Part shown: in pieces, positions 27,601-32,000 of the stretch | Numbering within the stretch: position 1 is the first letter of the stretch | How the letters are laid out: each line of letters opens with the position of its first letter | Assembly (NCBI GenBank): GCA_026004775.1 | Contig: BPJU01000019.1 | Span: forward strand, 85,471 to 117,470 | Direction: 5' to 3' | Source of the DNA: Pirellulaceae bacterium | Lineage (GTDB): Bacteria > Planctomycetota > Planctomycetia > Pirellulales > Pirellulaceae | Length of the DNA stretch: 32,000 bases | The notes under the pieces: model-generated | What the model was told of the DNA's origin: nothing | Databases searched by the model: none | Seen by the model: only the letters and a program-made list of their open reading frames with translations | Position numbers and translations under genes: made by a program

Positions 27601-27640
27601 ACGATCGCCTTGATGGCGCTGAACCATTCACGAATCTCAT
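24620..27640 (-). CDS. brxHII: BREX type 3 SNF2-family helicase BrxHII
   Basis: 1006 aa. LADEVGLGKTIEAG (motif I), VIVDEAHRL (motif II), LLLSATPHQGK, and a C-terminal helicase lobe (LVFTEF, STDAGGEGLNLQ, YDIPWNP, QRIGRVDRIGQ). The track ATG 27640 overlaps the upstream gene by 53 nt; CTG 27577 or GTG 27574 are alternative starts. Confidence 0.88.
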   Translation of the reverse strand: MRFVNGSAPSRRSYRKDEIANLVVGEWYYSPEHGELCRVIETQTLWGETVCRVWLPGKDTVVRLPATRLRPVQEASVGTVDGIAYLAAVARVADALTQDVLLAPIESSVIPLPHQIRALSRVVSGDRVRYLLADEVGLGKTIEAGLIMRELKLRGLVKRTLVIAPKGLVTQWIAEMAMHFHEQFHPIMSEDYKTFKRISAIHRNEERGLRTERQGDNSALIAQHSALRTSDANPFRAFDQVVVSMDSAKPPSNAGGAAWERFEDLISAGWDLVIVDEAHRLGGSTDQVARYKLGQGLAEAAPYLLLLSATPHQGKTDHFRRLLSLLDPEAFPDEESISKERVQPYVIRTEKRRAIDAQGNSLFKPRRTELAPISWEDRHRDQRLLYEAVTEYVREGYNQAIAENRHYIGFLMILMQRLVVSSTRAIRTTLERRLEALEERTTDGHEYTQMKLLNEETESIGVHPWFSPDEWADLEGQEQIEALLTTRLGGLKNERAEVKLLLEAAKRCESHGPDAKAEALLDWIYRLQAEEGDPALKVLVFTEFVPTQQMLYEFLTERGFEVVCLNGSMDMEERKRVQDAFAKDARILISTDAGGEGLNLQFCHVVINYDIPWNPMRLEQRIGRVDRIGQTHTVRAINFVFEESVEHRVLEVLEEKLAVIFEQLGIDKTGDVLDSAQAGQLFDDLYVEAILHPEAVGTKIDDVVKSIQEQARESRQSASVLGSTEDLDPREAQRLLAHPLPHWVERMTVSYLKAHGGKAERKNGAWDLTWPDGERLTNVVFTSKEAEEKPLSRHVTLEDPRVRGLAMRLPPFAPGQPVPVITLSGLAPGIAGFWSLWQISVMSHESQFVSRPDGLVTPDPGPETGRRRIMPLFLADDDRVFAPTARHIWDLLLVMEPTILAHLDIETSHQAFQRLRAAAERQGKTVYDELVQAHRERLAREREKGEYAFAARRRAIERVGLPQVRNYRLSLLEQEEERFRAELERRSLILPEMAPLLLVRVEGNPG
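26243..26323. mobile_element. 81-bp cargo-less palindromic derivative (MITE-like) of the GxxExxY unit, in frame within brxHII
   Basis: 13-bp perfect termini AGAACCACGGATG (26242-26254) and CATCCGTGGTTCT (26311-26323). The left half matches the 24205 end at 27/30 and the right half matches the 24632 end at 27/31. It is translated as RTTDGHEYTQMKLLNEETESIGVHPWF. Confidence 0.65.
26963..27032. repeat. Inverted pair of 4 x 7-nt heptamer blocks inside brxHII
   Basis: TGCTGAG TGCTGAG CTATGAG AGCTGAG (26963-26990), a 14-nt spacer, then CTCAGTC CTCAGTC CTCGTTC CTCATTC (27005-27032). It encodes HRNEERGLRTERQGDNSALIAQHSALRT. Confidence 0.75.
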
Positions 27641-29450
27641 CTAAAGCGCCACGTTCCCGGAGCCGATCCAACGTCATTGCGGGTGCTACCTCGTTGTTTA
27701 GTCGCTGCTTTGCACGCCCCTCCTTCTTTTTCCGTTTCTCGTCGCCCAACTGCTCCCATGGCGCCGACCCTTCCTCGCGCTCATGGATAGCTCTCGCCAC
27801 CGCCTCAGGGACGTCATTCTCGTCTGATACCTTTACTTCCACACCGAGCACCTCATTGATTGCATCGGGATGCAGATAATTCTCGGCTTCGCGCTTCCTT
27901 GTTAAGAACGCCTTCGACCCATCACCGCGTTTGTTCACCTCATTCACATGACTCTGATACTTTGGAGGGGAATCGGTATCGCGGTCATATATGTGAATCT
28001 CCGGGCGATTCAAGGGCCTGAGGTACTGGCTGTTCACCCAGTCCCGCAATGTGCTCCCGCCGAGCGGCAAGAACACGACTTCTGGTGTATCATCTGGCTC
28101 AAAACCAACATCGTCCCCTGCGGCCAGTAAGACCATCGCCATGCTCTTCAAAAACGCCACATCATTGGGACCCTCGACGCACACGAACACACGCACTCGG
28201 TTATCCGGAATCACACCAAGATCATCGGCTATCCGCTTGAGCACTTCATCGGTGCCCTCCTCTACCACCCGCGTGTTATCGTGCGCACACCGGACATACC
28301 GCAGGGCATCCACAGGTATCATCTCGGCCAGACCGGGAACGTGCGTCGTGATCACAACCTGACATCCGTCGGCCGAAGCAAGGTCTTTGAGCGCTTCAAT
28401 CACCATGCGTTGGTTGGATGGGTGTTGTGATGTTTCCGGTTCTTCAATCGCATAGATGATGTTCGATCTGTTCTCCTCCGTGCGTCGGCGCTCCGCTTCG
28501 GCGCGGAAGAACCCAAGAAGGATTAGCCGGCGAACGCCACTTCCCCGCTTATTGACAGGAATCTGATCGTCTGTCGTAAGCGCCAGTTTGAATAAAGAGT
28601 CCCATTTAGGATCAGAGCGGAATGTTGGACTTAGTTCCTTTGATAAGTTTGGGTCTAAGTCTTTGAGTTTTTCCAACGTCCGTCTAGCAACATCCAAAGC
28701 AGCATCCCGAATCCTATTTTGAATATTCTGCAACTCGTTTGCCAGCTCAGAAATCGCTTGTCGGATGGCAAGCTTCATGGGATCTTGGACTTCGCTGTCC
28801 TCGTCCGTGCTTGGACGGTCTGCGCGGAAGAGAGCAAAAATCGGTAAGTAGTGTTGGATCTGGTCCCAGATTTTTTTAGCGTCCTCCTTATTCAGTTCAA
28901 TTTCTGTCAGCGACAGTTGCAGATTCTCACAGGAATCCCAGAGCGCCTTGCGAATGGACGGGTTGCTCCTCAGATCGACGCCGTCAGTGTCAACACTCTT
29001 TTCCTGAAGTCGCTTCTTGAGGTCCGAATTCTTGAGCTGGAGTAGATCTGCATAGCCATCAGCGGTTGGATGTTTTGCGAACGCCAGAACACGTGGCTTA
29101 GGTGACTTCACGGAACAATCGAAGACCTTGTGTATCTCCAGATCACCATCTTCGTTTAAGAGGTACTCTTCCCTCAGATTCGTTGTTGAAGTAGCATCCA
29201 ACGTAAGGGAATCGGGCAACTCATCAAAGACGCAGCCAATGCGAACTTCCTTGTCCTCTGCGTAGACGCACAGGTCCGATGTATCGAACTTTACGAGCGG
29301 AGAATCAAAGAAGATGCCCAGTGCATCGAGTATCGTAGATTTACCGATGTCGTTTCGCCCTATGAGAGCTGTTAGGTCTGGATGAACCGGAATCCGGACT
29401 TCGCCCCGGTAGCCTCTGAAATTCCGTAATACCAATGTTTTGAGACGCAT
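27588..29450 (-). CDS. OLD-family ATP-dependent nuclease-like protein (ABC-type ATPase plus C-terminal TOPRIM-like domain)
   Basis: 620 aa. Walker A GRNDIGKST; NKRGSGVRRLILL; Walker B-like IIYAIEEPETSQHP. The C-terminal part has VFVCVEGPNDVAFL, LPLGGS, IYDRDTD and KREAENYL (TOPRIM-like Glu and DxD). GGAGGAGGGATAAGGTC precedes the ATG. It is more AT-rich than its neighbours. Confidence 0.75.
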   Translation of the reverse strand: MRLKTLVLRNFRGYRGEVRIPVHPDLTALIGRNDIGKSTILDALGIFFDSPLVKFDTSDLCVYAEDKEVRIGCVFDELPDSLTLDATSTTNLREEYLLNEDGDLEIHKVFDCSVKSPKPRVLAFAKHPTADGYADLLQLKNSDLKKRLQEKSVDTDGVDLRSNPSIRKALWDSCENLQLSLTEIELNKEDAKKIWDQIQHYLPIFALFRADRPSTDEDSEVQDPMKLAIRQAISELANELQNIQNRIRDAALDVARRTLEKLKDLDPNLSKELSPTFRSDPKWDSLFKLALTTDDQIPVNKRGSGVRRLILLGFFRAEAERRRTEENRSNIIYAIEEPETSQHPSNQRMVIEALKDLASADGCQVVITTHVPGLAEMIPVDALRYVRCAHDNTRVVEEGTDEVLKRIADDLGVIPDNRVRVFVCVEGPNDVAFLKSMAMVLLAAGDDVGFEPDDTPEVVFLPLGGSTLRDWVNSQYLRPLNRPEIHIYDRDTDSPPKYQSHVNEVNKRGDGSKAFLTRKREAENYLHPDAINEVLGVEVKVSDENDVPEAVARAIHEREEGSAPWEQLGDEKRKKKEGRAKQRLNNEVAPAMTLDRLRERGALDEIREWFSAIKAIVQKG

Positions 29451-29454
29451 GACC

Positions 29455-29645
29455 TTATCCCTCCTCCCCAGAACGGGTGAGCGCCTGGTCGTACCACATC
29501 AGGAGCTTGGGGTCCTCCTGGAGGACGTTCTCGGGGAGCTTGCGCGCCACGGCGATGATGGTCGCGTAGTCCCGCTCCTGCCATGCCTTCTTGAAGCCGG
29601 CGCGGACGGCCTCGAGGCGGAACACCTTCAGGCGCCTCTGCGTTG
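29455..29645 (-). pseudogene. Detached C-terminal ~60 codons of pglXI, in another reading frame
   Basis: Only the last part of track ORF 29455..30039 looks protein-like: RRLKVFRLEAVRAGFKKAWQERDYATIIAVARKLPENVLQEDPKLLMWYDQALTRSGEEG. It follows directly after the pglXI frame ends at EFEEYRAVQRRGA*. A single restored nucleotide near 29640-29660 would join the two. Confidence 0.6.
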
Positions 29646-32000
29646 GACTGCGCGGTACTCCTCGAACTCGCGCAGCAGGGCCCGCTCGCGGAGCTTCTCC
29701 AGGTCGCCGGCCTTGTTCGGGTCCGGGACGTACCAGCGGTCTTTTGCGCGAGCGATGAGGACTGAGGACTGAGTGCTGAGTCGGCCGTTCCCCTCCGCCG
29801 CACGGCCGGAAGCCAGCTCTTCCTGGATGATTTTGCGGAGGTCGGCGCTTTGCTTCATCCAGGAGACAAGTTGGGCTGGAATCGGGCCCTTGCCGTCGTA
29901 GCGGAGGAAGTTCTGCTCCAAAAGTTCCATGAGCTCGAGCGGCTTTTCGTGCTTCTGCCAGCCGCCGATCTCCTTGAGAAACTGCGGATGAAGCTCCTGG
30001 AAGGTCTGGGGCTTTCGGGTGAGCTGCTGCTTGAGCCACTGGATGGCGGAAGATTCATCGGTGACCCAGATCTCCAACTGTAGGACTTCCTTGCTTGTCA
30101 TGCGTTTCTTGTCGTATTCCGCCACCTGCTCGGGCAGGAAGTACATCCCGTCGCGCTCCGGGAAGCGCTGGGCAAGCCCGGCGTAGAACTCCGCCGCGGA
30201 GAGCGGCACCGTCACGCCACGCTGGACATGGAAAGCCACCATGCGGTCGAAGAGCAGGTAGTTCTGTCGCTCCGCGATGACCTCCGCCTTGCCGTCCTTG
30301 GAGACGAACACCGGCAGTTGCTTCAGGTGCGTGCGAACGAAGTCCCAGACGCCTTCCTCGGTGCCAGCGGTCAGCTTGAAGCGTTCCTCAAGACCGCTAT
30401 TGGGTTTGTAGGCGGAGATGACCAGGTCTTGTTTGACCGCCGTGCTCGTCACCTGACGGTAGGATCCCTGTCGCTTGTCAAGAGTGCGCACATCTGCCAC
30501 CACGAACCCGGCAGCCAGCATCGCTTCCTGAATGGCGTTCCAGACGGCGTTGCGAGAATTATGGAATACCACAGTCATCCACCGGCCCGGTTTGAGTACC
30601 CTGAAATACTCTGCGAAACATTGCTGCATCAGGTGCTGGTACTCGTTCAAACCCTTCTTCTTGGCCTTGTCCACAATGGCTTCCGGAGTGGCGTTGGTCA
30701 CCACCCGGTGCCAGGACTCCACCAGGAAGTTCAGGTCGGCATAATAGATGTTCTCACCAAAAGGCGGGTCGGTGAAAATGTAGTCGATGGTGTTGTCGGC
30801 CAGGTCGAAGTGCCCGGCCGTCGCGGTGGTAATCGAGACTAAGTGACTCTTTGTACTCAGTTCCGCGAAGGTCTTTACAAGCCGCTTGAGTTTCCCCTCA
30901 ACAACATACCAGGGCGATACCTCTGAGATTTGCGACGGCACATAATATACAAGGGGCATAGCGCCGTTGCTTTGCGAGTAGCGGTGCGGGCCATATCTAT
31001 TCTGAATGTTCAAGCTTGTTATCGCCTGCTCAACCAAAAACAACAACATGTGCCGGATACGCTTGTCCGGCCATGCCTGGGCCTTGCGCCACAACGCCGC
31101 CAGGGCGTGGGCGGCGCGGGGGAGAAAGAAGTGATGGACGTGGGTGAATCCTTTCGGTTCGATTCGGGAACCGTGATACATCTGGGCAGTTGGAAAGCGA
31201 TTTACCGGAACATCTGCGGGAAAGGGCAGCATCGCAATTCGTTCGATAATCTCACGGTCATATTCATCAAGATGCTTTTCACATCGCTGCTTGCCTACAC
31301 TATAACTAATCAGTACAGGTACGAATTTGACGTGCTTCCAGGGTCTTCCTGAAGCGGGATCGACGCGGGATTCAAACACACGATCCAGGTTTCTTTTGTC
31401 AAGCTCTGCCCCGCAATGCGGGCAAGCGAAGGTTTCCCTCACCTTATTGGTCTCCGGGTCCAGGGCCTGCTCCAGAAACACCACCTCGCCCGCGCAGTCC
31501 GGGCAAGTGAACATCTCGCTCCAGACCGTATATTCGATACGCCCCTTGCTCTTACCGTCGGTATGCAGGGTTTCGTACATCCAGCCGATTTCCTGCTCTA
31601 CCTCGTCGAGGATCTGGCGCGCCGCGCGTGCAAATTCATCCACATCGAAGGACAGATTGTAGTTGGCAGCGATGAAGGTGGCGGCAGGCGCGAGATCGCC
31701 CAGCACCACACAGCGCGGCCCCCACTTAGGTTTATCCCGGCCTTCCTTTTCCCATAAGGCTTCGAGATTGCGCTTGTAGCTCTCCGGCGCGGAGCCGCAC
31801 CATTGTGCTGCTACGCCTGTCATACCGGAGCCGCAGAAGCCGTCCAGAACGACGTCTCCGGGCTCGGTGTAATGGAGGATGGATGGTACGATGGCCAAAT
31901 GCGGCACCTTGGTGTGATAGGAATGAGCCTTGTAGATCGGGTCCGTTTTGCCCACGCTGACATCGACCGCGAACGGCTCCTTGTTGTAAGGCACGTTCGG
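29628..32000 (-). CDS. pglXI: BREX type 3 N6/N4 DNA methyltransferase PglXI (5' end at or beyond the right edge; 3' end truncated by a frameshift)
   Basis: SYHTKVP...GDVVLDGFCGSGMTG (motif I), IDYIFTDPPFGENIYY (motif IV), and a CxxC...CxxC zinc ribbon (FTCPDCAGE...FACPHCGAEL). The track M at 31994 is a GTG and the frame stays open to 32000. Confidence 0.85.
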   Translation of the reverse strand, partial: PNVPYNKEPFAVDVSVGKTDPIYKAHSYHTKVPHLAIVPSILHYTEPGDVVLDGFCGSGMTGVAAQWCGSAPESYKRNLEALWEKEGRDKPKWGPRCVVLGDLAPAATFIAANYNLSFDVDEFARAARQILDEVEQEIGWMYETLHTDGKSKGRIEYTVWSEMFTCPDCAGEVVFLEQALDPETNKVRETFACPHCGAELDKRNLDRVFESRVDPASGRPWKHVKFVPVLISYSVGKQRCEKHLDEYDREIIERIAMLPFPADVPVNRFPTAQMYHGSRIEPKGFTHVHHFFLPRAAHALAALWRKAQAWPDKRIRHMLLFLVEQAITSLNIQNRYGPHRYSQSNGAMPLVYYVPSQISEVSPWYVVEGKLKRLVKTFAELSTKSHLVSITTATAGHFDLADNTIDYIFTDPPFGENIYYADLNFLVESWHRVVTNATPEAIVDKAKKKGLNEYQHLMQQCFAEYFRVLKPGRWMTVVFHNSRNAVWNAIQEAMLAAGFVVADVRTLDKRQGSYRQVTSTAVKQDLVISAYKPNSGLEERFKLTAGTEEGVWDFVRTHLKQLPVFVSKDGKAEVIAERQNYLLFDRMVAFHVQRGVTVPLSAAEFYAGLAQRFPERDGMYFLPEQVAEYDKKRMTSKEVLQLEIWVTDESSAIQWLKQQLTRKPQTFQELHPQFLKEIGGWQKHEKPLELMELLEQNFLRYDGKGPIPAQLVSWMKQSADLRKIIQEELASGRAAEGNGRLSTQSSVLIARAKDRWYVPDPNKAGDLEKLRERALLREFEEYRAVQRRGA
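29753..29780. repeat. 4 x 7-nt heptamer block (CGATGAG GACTGAG GACTGAG TGCTGAG) inside pglXI
   Basis: Read directly. It encodes part of GRLSTQSSVLIA. Confidence 0.7.

Noticed and set aside
23171-29780. CRISPR array as an interpretation of the repeated short motifs
   Set aside because: The repeats are 7-nt tandem units or ~30-nt inverted ends inside ORFs. They are not 25-40-nt direct repeats separated by unique spacers of similar size, and no cas genes are present.
29646-30039. Track ORF 29455..30039 (194 aa) as an independent gene overlapping pglXI
   Set aside because: Only its last ~60 residues look like protein, and those are the pglXI tail. The rest is P/R/G-rich out-of-frame translation of the methyltransferase gene.

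Overview
GC-rich bacterial chromosomal segment. The gene content and repeat types look Planctomycetota-like, but that is only a guess. Positions 1-16.2 kb are ordinary housekeeping: a sufR-like regulator, a nuoB-like gene and sufC-sufB-sufD on the minus strand; an AgcS-family symporter; a tRNA-dihydrouridine synthase; a NagA-like amidohydrolase; a CPA2 antiporter; an enolase-superfamily enzyme with a NarL-type response regulator; and a sugar-phosphate isomerase. Right after 16162 the composition and repeat content change, and the rest of the window is a defence/mobile island, almost all on the minus strand. (a) A structured, repeat-rich boundary lies at 16.18-16.99 kb. (b) A run of decayed genes follows: a yhcG/DUF1016 pseudogene, a fic pseudogene, and type III-like mod and res remnants that still flank an intact class II glutamine amidotransferase, plus a transposase remnant. 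(c) A type 3 BREX locus runs pglXI, brxHII, pglZ, brxA-like; brxF and brxC are expected beyond the right edge. Two extra genes interrupt it: an AT-richer OLD-family ABC-ATPase/TOPRIM nuclease between pglXI and brxHII, and a GxxExxY gene between brxHII and pglZ. The most interesting points: the nested OLD-like cassette; the GxxExxY gene is bounded by about 30-bp inverted repeats, and a cargo-less 81-bp copy sits in frame inside brxHII; 4x7-nt heptamer blocks lie inside three BREX genes; and a 1-nt frameshift detaches the last ~60 codons of pglXI. No rRNA, tRNA or CRISPR array was found. All calls come from reading the sequence and the translations; no database search was run.
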